Shown here: positions 37,768-49,666 of the stretch, piece after piece
Layout of the letters: each line of letters starts with the position of its first letter
How positions within the stretch are numbered: position 1 is the stretch's first letter
Assembly: GCA_010909165.1 (NCBI GenBank)
Contig: VJWM01000202.1
Location: forward strand, 186,001 to 250,000
Length of the DNA stretch: 64,000 nt
Source: Anthoceros angustus
Taxonomy: Eukaryota > Plantae > Anthocerotophyta
Direction of reading: 5' to 3'
Translations under genes and position numbers: made by a program
The notes under the pieces: model-generated
Told to the model about the DNA's origin: nothing
The model's database searches: none
The model's input: the letters and a program-made list of their open reading frames with translations, nothing else

Positions 37768-39626
37768 TGTTCAAAGCCAAAATGATCAACGACTCTGCAG
37801 TCTAGAAGAACAGTTTTGGGCGGTGAGGGAAATGTTAGGAGCGTTCTAAAGCAGCTCTGAAGGTCGGCAGTCAGCCAAGAGAGGATGTGCACAGGGTCGC
37901 TGTTTCTTCCTTGGTGTTGTCAAATTTTTGGTAGAGTTAGGAATTCTTTGAAGTATACAGCGGCATTGCTGTCGGAACAGTACCATCATGCTTTTACTGC
38001 CATTTTCACTGTCATTGTGAGGCAAAACAATATGGAAATTGCTGAGATCTAAGCAAGGGACACTAGTAGAATTCCATGCTATGCTGTGGACGTCGGTTTC
38101 GGGTTATGTGCTAAGCCCTCTCTTGTGTCCGTTAAGCAGATCAGCAAAGGCAAATGGAGAATTACTCCTTTACAACGGTCAGGAAGGCGATTTTCACACA
38201 AGAGGAAGCCAACTGGTTATCTACTTTGAGAATTAAACAATACTGTGGTACCGTACAGAAGCTGCGGAACCAGGCCCGAGAATGACACTTAGCGAAGGAT
38301 AATTGATATATGTACAGCTGCCATTCGTCTGCGTTTCTCGCACATGTGATCACACTTGAGCTTTCCCTTGGGCTGACCAGTGTTCACTCTCGGTTCCAGC
38401 ATTCCGGGAATTCACAATCTGCGATGATGTCCTGAACGCTGTCTGGGATGTTTGTGTACTGCATCGGTAGGCCAGACTGGACACCAAATTTTACCCCCCC
38501 GTACACAGCTGTACACTCGAAACGGTGCACTCCTCTAGGCCCACCTGCACCGCAGCTTCGCCAACATCATTTATCGGCCAAACCGGTAAAAGGAAATCCT
38601 GAACGGGAAGCTTCATACAATTTTTGAGTTCACCCATCAACACCACCCCCTACCACCATCTCACACAAGGATTTATGTTGGCATGGAAGCGCACATCTTA
38701 CGGAAAGAGATACATATCATAGAGTCTGACACAAGCGAAGCGAAATCCAGCCTCGACATACACACTGATCAGCAACAAAGTTTCTACGGCACACCAAAAA
38801 GCCACATCCGGTTCCCTAGGCTGGTCACATGACACACTCCGTCTAGAACAGCGCCAACGGCCAACACATCATCATTCCAAGCCATGAACACCGATGATCA
38901 CAATTCACTCGGAGAACCAAAGAGAAGGCAATAAAGGCCCAAACACCCCACACCGCACAATGGCAATCACGACTGCAGCACCATCTACAAACAAAACAAA
39001 AACTACTTCCGAGATCCAGTCCTCTTCCATTGTTGTCATTTGATTAACAATTACCTGTAAAAGTACATAAGCTTTCTCATCAACACCTCTGCTAAAGCAT
39101 CACAGAAGTTCAAGTCAACCTTGCCGTCCGCATCCAGCGACAAAATAACATTTAAGCTGGACTGATGCCAATCCCAACTTCCAACGTCTCATGACTGTAA
39201 GTCAGAGGACCGTTTCACAGATCTATTTGGAGGGTCTCTGATGTCTTCCTCGAGGGGCCAGTTAGCACGCCATCAAGATATCGAAGACCTACCACCATCT
39301 GCTAGATTTGAGGCACGACAAGAAGAAGCACCAGATACCGGTTTCAGATATTGGAGAGCACAGACCTAGTTTCATGTCCTCTCAACCAAGATAAACATAC
39401 AACCATGCTCACATGCACACGAGCATAAGAAAGTCCACAATAACCGTTGGAGAAACAAAATTTGTGGACCGCTGACAAACAAAAGCCGAAGTTTTACGAC
39501 CAAACAAACTCTACAAAGAGCATCGAAGACGATGGGCAAACCGCACACAAGCTTCACAAACACAAACCTTCAAGCTAACCTAGAGCAACAGCAACAAAAG
39601 GGAAGGTCCTCAATCACCACTTAGTC

Positions 39627-40276
39627 TCAGTCACTCTCGTCAGCGTCGTCATCGTCATCATCGCTCCCGCCCTCCTCAAAGTCATAATGAACGGGCTGCT
39701 GAGAACGTCTCCTAGTTCTGGACGGCAGAATGTTCTTCGGGTCCAGCTCGTCATTAGGATCCGAAGAAAGGTCCCCCTCGTCGTCCTCGTCGTTGCCGTC
39801 TCCATTGCCTTCGTCGTCACTCTCCTTAGCCTTGCCCTTGTCCTTGACAACAGGCTTGGCCTTGGCTGACTCCTTGCCATTCTTCACAGGCCCGCCCTTC
39901 GCAGCAGGCGCGGGCTTCTTGGGAGCCGGGGCCCGGGCAGCTGGCTTGGCCCCTTTCTTCACCGGCTTCTTTGTCAGCTCCTCCTCCGACAAATCATCCT
40001 CCTCATCGTCCTCCTCCTCCCCGAGGCTGCCCTCCGACTCGGAATCCAGGTCGTCCTCCTCGTCCTCCCCACTCTCGCCGCTGCTCCACCGCTCCGCAGT
40101 CTTTTTAGGTTTCCCCTTCGGCTGCGGCTTGCCTCCCCTGCCCGCCGCAGGCTTGGGCTCTCGGCGGGCCTCTTGGCTACCGGCGCATTCTTGGCCCGCT
40201 TCTGCGGTCCCTCATCGCCGCCGGCCTTGCGCTTGGCCGCCAACGCCTCCAGCATCTTCTTCCTGTCGTCCGGCAT
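39627..40276 (-). CDS. Acidic/lysine-rich protein with a C-terminal CHZ (histone H2A.Z chaperone-type) motif; one apparent frameshift near 40160
   Basis: MPDDRKKMLEALAAKRK... switches frame to EPKPAAGRGGKPQPKGKPKK...D/E tracts...ELDPKNILPSRTRRR...DDDDDADESD. Confidence 0.7.
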
Positions 40277-40842
40277 GGCGCCGTTCTCACTCCCACGCCC
40301 TGGAATCACACTAAGGTCCGCTCCGCACCGTCACGCCCGCTCCGCAAGCTGCTGCGCCGCACAATTGGCCTCCAGCCGCAGACGCGAGAGCAGAAAGTGA
40401 GCGCGGCAGCCGACACTGGCGAGACCCCTCCTGGGGGCAAGGCGCTCCGAAGCTGGCTGGACCTGCTGCGCGGGAACAACACGGACGCCCGGTAGCAAAG
40501 CCGAGCGTCGTCCAAACGCGTATTTAATGCGTGCGGACAATCGTGCGTCAAACCGCGACAGCGAATTTCTTATTCCCATGTATGTGTTGCTAATTCAAGT
40601 CGCAGAACCCGGTCCCCAACCCCCGGTACATACTTAAGCAATCCTAAATACATAACAGCCCGGCGTCCGTTCGTTTTCACACCCATTCTAAATGCCGTGG
40701 ACCCCACGGAGGAATTTCCAAGTTCCGCCGAATAAAAAAATGTATGTAGCATCATCGGATCGCGGGGCCTGCTTGCCCGAATCTCAACGAGAGGCCTTTC
40801 TGTTTTACTGTAACAAATCCAGTGACTGCATAGGTTTCAACC

Positions 40843-42801
40843 TCACTGCCCTTGCATCTCCTGGCGCAGCATGTTCACCATGGGTTGGTTCCCTGCAGAC
40901 ATGTTCAAGCTGACTAGGAAACGCAGGATGTTTGCGTTTGGGTTGCAGCCGTTCGCCTTCATGAGATTGTAGACGGACATAGCTTGTCTGGGACGGTTGG
41001 TTTTGTGGTAGATCCGGATCATTGTCTCATAGGCTGGTAGGTGGTTCCTGTAGCCCTTCTTCGAGATCATACGGCGGAATAGACGCTCACAAGCCAAGTG
41101 CTGGCCTGACCGGAATAGGACATAGAGCATTAGAGTGTGAGAGTTCACTGATATGGGGCAGCCTGATATTTGCCAGTCTTTCATAAGGTGGACTGCATCT
41201 TCCCACTGCTCGGTGTTGATGTAAGCGATCATCACTGCAGAGTAGCAGTCTTCGCTGACAGACAAGCCGTGCTGCCTCATTGTGGCCATGAGCTGAGCTG
41301 CCTTTTTAGGATGGTTGGCCTTACAGTACATCTGCAGCATTGTCCAGAAGACGATCTTATCTGATGCCGAGCCAGACCGGCAGAAGTCCTGAAAAGCCGA
41401 TGTTGCCTCATCCACCATGCCTGCCTTTGCAAAAGCATGCAACATTGTGTTGTACGCTGTGGCGTCTGGCTTCAGCCCCTCCTCCTGCATACTTTTAAAC
41501 AGGGCAGCTGCCTCTGCTGTCTTCCCGAACTTGCCATAGAGGTCCAAGAGAATGCTTGCTGGTACATGGTTCCGTGGAATTGCAGAGCTCTTCAGCTCTG
41601 TGAACAGCCTTGCTGCCCCTGTCACATCTCTAGTGTCTCGGCATGATGACAAGAGATGGCAGAATGTGAACAGATCTGGAGAGATGCCACACCCTACCAT
41701 TTCCTGGAAAGTGGAAAACACTTTCTCATGCATTTTCTTCTTCAAGTACGCATGGATGAGTGTGTTGTAGACTATCCTATCTGGATGGCATCCGAATTCT
41801 TTCATCATACGAAACCACTTCTCACACACGTCCAACCTGCCTGCATCACTGGCTTCCTTCATTATCCTGCAATAGAATTTTGCGTCTAGCGGCAATTGAT
41901 GTTGCCTCATGTCGTCCACCAGCAGCTCTAACCTTTCCCATTCCCGCGTTGCTAGTAAACGTCTATGTGTTGCAAGGCACACAAGCAAGTCAGGCTTGTG
42001 TTTCGACTCCTTTCGTATCCAAATATACAATGGGAACACCGTGCGATCTGGAACGGACTTGAGTAAGACTATGTAATCCCTTGCAGAAAGCTCTGCAGGT
42101 AATCCCTCCAGAGTGGAGATGAGGTCCTCTGTGTGTCGCAACCCCTCTCCAGCCTGCAGAACTTCTTTCAGGGAACGTTCAGGCATGTCCTCGGAGCCTC
42201 CTTGTGTGCGAACCAACGGTGACAACGGGTGATCCCCATTCTTAAGATCTTGAGAACTCGAATCTGGCCCCTTGTGAAGAGAAACCTGTGGAAGTCCCTC
42301 GACGCTTCCGTCTGCACTACTCACAATTATCTGATCAGTCGAAGAAGAAAGACTTGTTAATTCCTCCCCTGCCTCCACATTCTTCGAATGGGGTGGACGC
42401 AGTTCGACAATCTGCTGAGACTCTACCGATCCTTCCGCTATCTCTGCACTTGCTCCCTCGTCTTCGATGAGGTGCATGCTGCGTGTTTTCCCTGTTCGAG
42501 GATCCGATCTCAAATGCTCTGACCACGTTTCCCAAGGCCGCTGCCTATCAATTCCCCGAGGTGAAAAGTATCCTCCAAGTGGTACCCCCAGCTCCTCCAA
42601 AACAGATCCTGCCCTAGCCATGAAGGGCGCAACATACAAAGTCTTCCAGCACCCTGCGGGTGAGCGAAGTCTGTATGCCAATTGCGTGCATGACGTCAGA
42701 GAGAAATGGTTCTGTATAGTGCACAGATACTGCGGAACCAGCAGGCATTGCTTGGCAACCCACACTCTCCAAATGCTGTTGAGCAGCTGAGTTCCGGCCA
42801 T
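40843..42801 (-). CDS. P-class pentatricopeptide repeat protein (about 652 aa, organelle-targeted)
   Basis: Single exon with about ten 35-aa repeats (PDRIVYNTLIHAYLK, PDATAYNTMLHAFAKAG). The ATG at 42801 follows a probable 5' UTR intron acceptor (ttcttacag). Confidence 0.9.
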   Translation of the reverse strand: MAGTQLLNSIWRVWVAKQCLLVPQYLCTIQNHFSLTSCTQLAYRLRSPAGCWKTLYVAPFMARAGSVLEELGVPLGGYFSPRGIDRQRPWETWSEHLRSDPRTGKTRSMHLIEDEGASAEIAEGSVESQQIVELRPPHSKNVEAGEELTSLSSSTDQIIVSSADGSVEGLPQVSLHKGPDSSSQDLKNGDHPLSPLVRTQGGSEDMPERSLKEVLQAGEGLRHTEDLISTLEGLPAELSARDYIVLLKSVPDRTVFPLYIWIRKESKHKPDLLVCLATHRRLLATREWERLELLVDDMRQHQLPLDAKFYCRIMKEASDAGRLDVCEKWFRMMKEFGCHPDRIVYNTLIHAYLKKKMHEKVFSTFQEMVGCGISPDLFTFCHLLSSCRDTRDVTGAARLFTELKSSAIPRNHVPASILLDLYGKFGKTAEAAALFKSMQEEGLKPDATAYNTMLHAFAKAGMVDEATSAFQDFCRSGSASDKIVFWTMLQMYCKANHPKKAAQLMATMRQHGLSVSEDCYSAVMIAYINTEQWEDAVHLMKDWQISGCPISVNSHTLMLYVLFRSGQHLACERLFRRMISKKGYRNHLPAYETMIRIYHKTNRPRQAMSVYNLMKANGCNPNANILRFLVSLNMSAGNQPMVNMLRQEMQGQ

Positions 42802-43331
42802 TGCGATGACTGTGTCAACCTGTAAGAAAGCCCTAAGGCAAACATCCGTCTTCCCAGACAACAGAGCAGAAACATGATCTCCACATGTTATTCCTGCAGG
42901 AATCACTCCAGGATTTCCGTGTTCGATGATCCATCGTACCCTGTAACAAAACAGGTTTTTGGGTGTAAAAGTCTCAAATCCTCTAACATGCAAGCGGTGA
43001 GGGGGCCTCTTCTGCTCCAAGCAAACCTAAAGCCGCATAGCCGCATGGCGTGGACGAGAACATCGGGAGCTGCAGCGCAATACGTGGCAATAGTTTCTTA
43101 AAATAGCAAAGCTTTAAATCCTGGATTACCTCCGCCAAGCGGGAAGCGGGGACGACGTTGCTGCCGAATTTCGATGTATTAGAAGGAGGAGGCAAAAGGT
43201 GAGGAACAATCTGCACAGGGCGCGCATCCCACGTTCCTTTCTGTTTGGAATCCGATAGATCTCAACACTTCTACTATACAGTACAGAGCATCCTGCACAG
43301 TTACCACTGCTGATTTCTGTTGAAAGCATTG

Positions 43332-46300
43332 ATGGCGAGCGCTGTGGCGCTTGCCGGCTTGTTCACGCCCGAGGCTTCGTGTGTAGCGTGCAGCAGAGAC
43401 TTATTGGCTTCGCGGCAGTGCGACAGGGCTTGTGGGTCATCGAATTCCGGGGGCTCCAAGTTGTGGAGTTCAATGAGAGCAACCTCTGCGTTGAACAGAG
43501 GCACGCCTATGAAAGTCCGGCAGCTGGAGGCACCTCTTTGTGTCACCAAATTCGTTCGCTTTCAGGGGAAGGAAGCAAGCTGTCTGAGACGTGGAGAGAA
43601 ATGCGTTCCAATTGAGCAAGGATCAGCTAAGCAATGGAACAAGCTGGGTGGAAGGCCAGAGTTTTCGGCAACTTCAGGATTGTGGCCCAGGATGGTGTTT
43701 GGGGGCAGTGCCAGAGCTTCGTGCCGGCCGTCCTTGGTGGATGCTGCAGTACGTGCAATAAGCAGTGACAGATTGAGAGCAAGGGATGATTCGTCGGGAA
43801 GGTTTCGAGCAGAAGCCAGCCGGGAAACTTTTGTGGGCTGGAGGAGATTCGTGCCAATCGAGACGTCCACAGTTGGGCTGACTGGAGGCCTTTCTTCTGA
43901 GGCACATGCATTGACGGCAGGAGCAGCTACAAGACGATCCTTGAAGACTTTGGCCTCTAGTGCTGCAGAGGGTATCGTTGCAGAGCCATCCTCACTGAGG
44001 AAATCATCGAAGAAGAAGGAGATCGTTCCAGATCAACGGTTACAAAGCCTGCGCGAAGCTTTTGGGAAGGAAGGAGATGACGCAATCGATGCATACATTA
44101 TACCATCGGAAGACCCTCATCAGGTCAGTGAGCTTTTCCTGGCCTGGTTGCAGAGTTTGTTACCGCGCAGGTTGTGGTTTCTGATGATGTTCAATGCAGA
44201 GCGAGTTTATAGCAGATTGTTTTCAACGGAGAGCTTTCATATCCGGATTTACGGGCAGTTCAGGCACGGCAGTTGTGACAAGAGAACATGCTGCCCTCTG
44301 GACTGATGGCAGATACTTTCTGCAGGTACCAGACAAGTTCTTCTTTCTTTGCTAGCACAGACTACGACGTTAGGGCTTCCTGTTTACAACAGCGCTGTCT
44401 CATGTTTCTGGAACTTCAGTTCGGTGAAAGGCAGTCGCTGACAAGGCTGTCCCTTGTTTCTACCAAAGGCCGAGAAGCAGCTGGGTCCAGGATGGACTCT
44501 CATGCGGCAAGGAACTGCAGGAGTTCCACCTGTTGGGGACTGGTTACGGGAAGTTCTGCTTAAAGGTTCCAGAGTGGGCATTGATCCGGTGAGCGGACAT
44601 TTTGGTATTGGGTGACAACGTAGGCTGTGGCGGGTTGTAACAAGAAGCTCGTTCCTAACTTCGTTTGTGTTCCATGACCAGTTCCTTTTCTCTGCAGATG
44701 CAGCTGAAGATTTGAGGCAGACCTTAAGAGCAGGTGACCTCAAGCTCCTCCTTCTATACGAGGAGAACCTGGTGGATAGAGTCTGGGGAGAGAAAAGGCC
44801 GAGTCCTCCCACCGCTCAGATGAGAGTGCACGATCTCCAGTATGCTGGGGTTGATGTTAGGTCGAAGATTTCGAGTATACGTGATAGCATGAAGGCAGCC
44901 GGTGCAACTGCACACATTATCAGCATGCTTGATGAAGTTGCATGGGTCTTAAACCTGGTAAGGATGGTGCACTGTAATCGCGTTCTGGTGATTGTAATGT
45001 GCTGCTCTGGCTACTAATTGTTCATGACATTTCTTTAAACGCAGCGTGGAGGTGACGTGCCTCATTCGCCAGTGACCTACGCATACTTAGTAATAGAGCA
45101 AGAGGTGGCTACGTTGTTTGTTGATGGAGCAAAGATTACCCCTGCAGTTGCTTCGCACTTGAAAGGAGCCTCAGTGACTGTTCAACCTTACACATCCTTG
45201 GTTCCAAGCATTCAGAGGTGTCATTCTGGTCCTGTCAGCTAAGCACCAAGGGACAATTGTATAGTCTTGGTCTAGTACACAAGTACTCACTGCTTTATTG
45301 AGTGTCTGCAGATTAGCTGAAGCGGGAGCAAAGTTGTGGATGGATCCAAAGAGATTAAGTGTGGCTATTGTCGAGGCATTCAATAATGCGTGTTCTGCAT
45401 ACTACGACAAGGCTACTGTAGCAGTAGGCAACAAGGACAGATTTCTTGAGAGGTCGAATGGACCAGCTGCGATCGCGAGAAGTTCACCTGTTTCACTTGC
45501 CAAGGCACTGAAGAATCCCTCGGAGCTTGAAGGGATGAGACAGGCCCATCTCAGGTATTTTCTCATGCACAGCCAAGTAGTCCCTGGATGCAGGACAGGC
45601 TTCAGAGGAAGGACGGTCTGACATGCTACAGCTGGTGGTTTTTGGTGTTCAGGGACGCTGCTGCTCTTGCGGAATTCTGGGCATGGCTGGAAGACAAAGT
45701 TGTGGATCAGGGGAAATCGCTCACTGAAGTGGAGGTTGCAGATCGGCTGGAAGAATTTCGTGCAAAGCAGGCTGGATTCTTGGATACTAGCTTCGACACC
45801 ATAGCAGGGTCGGGTGCCAATGGAGCTATTGTACATTATAGAGCAGAGCCGTCATCTTGTGGAGAAGTGAACAACCAGAAGCTCTTCTTGTTAGATAGCG
45901 GCGCACAATTTGTGGATGGCACTACAGACATCACGAGAACTGTACACTTCGGCACCCCTACCGCGAGGCAACAGGAGTGCTTCACAAGAGTGTTGCAAGT
46001 GAGTTCCACCCTTTTTGTCAGTTTTGCTTTGGCGGATCAGAGTTTACTTCTACAAACCATCCCAGCTGATGTTGTGGCTCTGCAGGGGCACATCGCTGTG
46101 GATAAGGCAGTCTTCCCAGAACATACTCCTGGGTTTGTGCTGGACGTGCTTGCTCGCTCCGCTCTGTGGAAAATCGGGCTGGACTATCGTCATGGTACAT
46201 GCATTTCTGACCTTGGCCTGCCTATTCATGTCTTTTCCTTCCCGTTTGCCCGTGAGCCAAACAAGCTGACTGTGTTGCAAAACCAGGCACAGGGCATGGA

Positions 46301-46963
46301 GTAGGTGCAGCTCTGAATGTACACGAAGGACCTCAAAGCATAAGTTCTAGATTTGGCAACATGACGGGCCTGCAGGCTGGGATGATTATCAGCAATGAAC
46401 CCGGCTACTACGAAGACAGGTCCTTCGGCATCCGCATAGAGGTAAGAGTGTTCAGCGTCTCAGCCCTAACCTGGATTTCCATGTGAACATGATGCTAAAG
46501 CAACTGCGGTGTTTTGTCACTGCAGAATTTGTTGATTGTACGTGAGGTCGACACTCCTAACAATTACGGAGGCACGACATACCTTGGATTCGAGCGTTTG
46601 ACATATGTTCCCATTCAGGTAAGCTTTCCAACAATTAGCCTCACTGAACTCCGCCAAGCCTACCTGCTCGAGTGTCTGATCCCTGTTCTTGATCCCTAAC
46701 AGACGAAGATGTTGGACCTGACGATCATGTCGGAGGAGGAGATCGACTGGCTCAATGCATACCACACCGAGGTGTGGAAGAAGGTACGGCGCGTCCCGAG
46801 GTCATTTCCCTTTGTTAATGAGGTTACGTCTAACTGCGTATGCTTGTTGCAGGTTTCACCCCTTCTGGACGGTGAGGCGCATGCTTGGCTCCAAAGGAAC
46901 ACAGAGCTCATTTCAAATAAAACCATCGGGGAAGACAAGGTCGTTGTTGCAGGAACCACATAG
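43332..46963 (+). CDS. APP2: Xaa-Pro aminopeptidase P (M24B), organellar APP2 type, multi-exon
   Basis: Long transit-like N-terminus, then [57 protein letters not shown] and [16 protein letters not shown]. Confidence 0.93.
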
Positions 46964-47361
46964 AAAGCAGGTTGGCAATCACAGCTTGCAACTTCCGAGG
47001 GCTGCAATGCGACTCATGTATTCTATCAGTGAAGCTGTCTTTCTCTGTTGGTAACAACCGGATAGAGACAGCACCGTTCTTCCGGCTCCTCAATCCATCC
47101 TATCCTCATTCTGCACCCTGCTATGTACACGATGGACTCCCTTCGCCTCATAACCTCGACCTGATGAAGAAGACAACAGGCCGCAAAGCCGAAGGCTGCA
47201 GTGCCTGAGCGAGAGCAGGAGCTCCAACCACTCCAGGCCGGGCATCGGCGGATGCTGCAGCTTCCGAATTCAGCAAAACCTCCCGCTCCACATCTTCCAC
47301 TATCTGCAGCACAGGCGTCCTTCCAGATCAGCGACGACGATCGGAAGAAGGAGCAAGCAAT

Positions 47362-47988
47362 TCAAGTGCAGGCACAGGAAATCCTCACCGCTCTGGCCTG
47401 GTTGGCATGAGCTGAAGAGATGGAGTCAGGCAACATGTCCAGAATCCGCTCCTTGGCCCGCTGCACAGCATCCCTGGCCGTGCCGTAGGCGTTGGACGAC
47501 ATGGCGGAGTCGAGAGTGCGGCGGACGCTCTCCATCACCTCAGCCGGCAGCGACGGCACGGCAGCAAACTTCTCCTGCAGCTTGTCGCTCATGAGAGCAA
47601 TGTTGTCGGCCACATCCGCGGCCGCTGCCTTGGTGGCCTGGATCACCGTCTTCCCGGCCGCCGTCACCGCGGACGGGCTCCTGTCCTGCTCTCCCGGACC
47701 CGGACTTGCCTTCCTTTGCGATTGCGCAGCATCCGGCTTGATCTCCTTGGCGTACATCGGGCTGTAGAGCTCGCCTTGCCCGACGCCCGTGGACTCCTTC
47801 CTGGGCCCTGCGTAAGGCGGGACGTGCACGGCGTACTCCGGCGAGTACAGCTCTCCGTGCCGAGCTCCATCCCCGAGCTCAGGGGAAGAAAGCTTCTCTT
47901 CCCATTTCTTCCTTCCCGGAACCATCCCTGTTCTCCCGAGCGGCTCCATCCTGCGCGCGCAGCTGTGTATCGGCAAGTGCCATGGCAC
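47362..47988 (-). CDS. Hypothetical hydrophilic protein with duplicated GELYSPxYA motif and LEA-like Ala-rich helix; start uncertain
   Basis: GC3-rich 208-codon ORF with HGELYSPEYA and QGELYSPMYA, followed by ATKAAAADVADNIA...TARDAVQRAKERI. Confidence 0.5.
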   Translation of the reverse strand: MPWHLPIHSCARRMEPLGRTGMVPGRKKWEEKLSSPELGDGARHGELYSPEYAVHVPPYAGPRKESTGVGQGELYSPMYAKEIKPDAAQSQRKASPGPGEQDRSPSAVTAAGKTVIQATKAAAADVADNIALMSDKLQEKFAAVPSLPAEVMESVRRTLDSAMSSNAYGTARDAVQRAKERILDMLPDSISSAHANQARAVRISCACT

Positions 47989-48208
47989 GCAGAGAAGACA
48001 AGTCGGACAGCGCCCAGTATGGCAAGTGCAACCAGTAAGAAAAGGGGTTGGTTAGATGGGAAGCACCAGGTGGCGGGCTCTGGCCTGCGCCACCTCTGCA
48101 GCAGATGCTAACCACCGGGTGACCACACACAGGTGATAAGCGGGGTGCTGGGATTCCTTCCAACAAGTGCCCCAAACCTTGAGAAGCTGACAGACCGAAT
48201 CCAACAAC

Positions 48209-49216
48209 ATGGCGCGGTGCGCAGGGCTGGTGTCGGATCTGGCTGCGTCGGTGGGCAGCTTCAGCCCCGACATTCGTGCTAGCAAGCAGGGGAGCAGGAG
48301 GGTTTGGACTGTGCAGGCCCTGGATTCCAGCTGCCTGATCGTGAGGAGCTTGGCATCCTCGGATGGCAGCACTTCGGGCATGGGCAATGCGCATAATGGG
48401 CTGAAGCTGATCATGCCTCTCCGGGTCTCTTCCAATGCCAGTGCCGTGAGGAAGCTGCGGGGGAGCAGGAAGTTGCAGTTTGCAGGTGAGTGGAGTTGCT
48501 TGGTGGGCGGTGGGGGGGAAGGGAATGGGAGGTGAATGTGGGATCTGAGGGACTGGTGGGCGTGCAGTGCAGGCATCAGCTGGAGGTGATGGCGAGCCTG
48601 CTGGTTTTGGGTTGGGAGGTCCCGGGACGTGGTTCGGGTTTGGCAGGAAGCAGGAGCGGCAAGTGGGACGCTTGGCGATGGTCGGTTTTGTGGTGAGTGA
48701 GGGGAAGGGTGTGGGCCCTGCAGTCTTGTGATTGATGGCTTGATCCGCCTGGAGTTTGGATTCAGAGGTGGACCGGCATTGTTGCATTTTGCAGGCCGCC
48801 ATAGTGATGGAGGTGCTTACTGGGAAGGGGATTTTCGGTCAGTTGGGCTTGGATCCCGTGGTTGTGCGCTTCCCCTTTCTGGCTGGATTGGCCTTCCTTT
48901 TCGTCGGAGGTCTTCTAGGTGGCAGTGTTGTCATCAACAACCCTCCAGATGTTTCCAAAGCACCCCCCAATGAGGGAGCTGGTCTTGCCAGGGATCCATT
49001 GAAGACGTACGATGCTAACTATCTGGACCCCTTGACAACGTACACCCGCGGTGGAGTCAGTGACAGACCCAATGGTCAGGTATGTATCTCGTTTCTGATA
49101 ATACACATTCACAAGCTTGCCTTCGATTGTGAGGCCTAAAAAATCTCGGCTTGTGACAGAAGGGACGTGAGCCCTATGTGTCGGACCTTGATGAGCCTCC
49201 TAAGAAGTCCAACTGA
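48209..49216 (+). CDS. Two-helix light-harvesting-like protein (PsbS/SEP-related), 4 exons, about 247 aa
   Basis: Exons 48209-48485, 48568-48692, 48795-49079 and 49160-49216 are in frame (744 nt). A transit peptide is followed by GPGTWFGFGRKQERQVGRLAMVGFVAAIVMEVLTGKGIFGQLG and a second hydrophobic helix. The true start may lie upstream. Confidence 0.8.
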
Positions 49217-49666
49217 AGACAAGTTGCAGCATACACTGTGAAAGTCACCGGATTGCCATCGAGCCTGATATTCATCTCTCTGGCGGCAACGACTGATTTG
49301 GATTACTGCAAACAGCGAGTTCGCGGCCCGCCCGAAGGAGCGATTGTTGTTGAAGGGGAAGCAGGAGAACAGGTAGCTTGTTGATGCAGGGTTCTCTGTT
49401 GTTCTTGTTCTCAACTGCGAGTGAAAGTGAGGGGTCCAAAGCTCAAACTGTAACGATATCAACTCCTAATTAAGCAACGTATTATCGTTGGCTACGTTTT
49501 TTCTCTAGAGGCGCAAGACATTCCAGACGGAAATGTCTTAACCCACATGTTAATGATCCATCGCTACACCCTTTCTGGTGATGGAGCGATCCAACTTCAG
49601 GTCAGAACTCTTCCCCTACGGAAATAGATCGCGATATTGTCAGGAAGAGTGTAGCGCAGGATCATA

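Noticed and set aside
38380-39360. TGATGA-like boxes suggesting a snoRNA cluster between convergent genes
   Set aside because: I could not establish paired C/D boxes with terminal stems or an rRNA-complementary guide by eye.
42802-43020. N-terminal extension of the 725-aa PPR ORF
   Set aside because: It begins at a non-ATG codon and runs through probable 5' UTR intron sequence. The ATG at 42801 is more plausible.
47879-48802. 307-aa Pro-rich minus-strand ORF, and similar overlapping ORFs at 55883-56842
   Set aside because: Shadow frames of GC-rich genes that have better supported spliced models.
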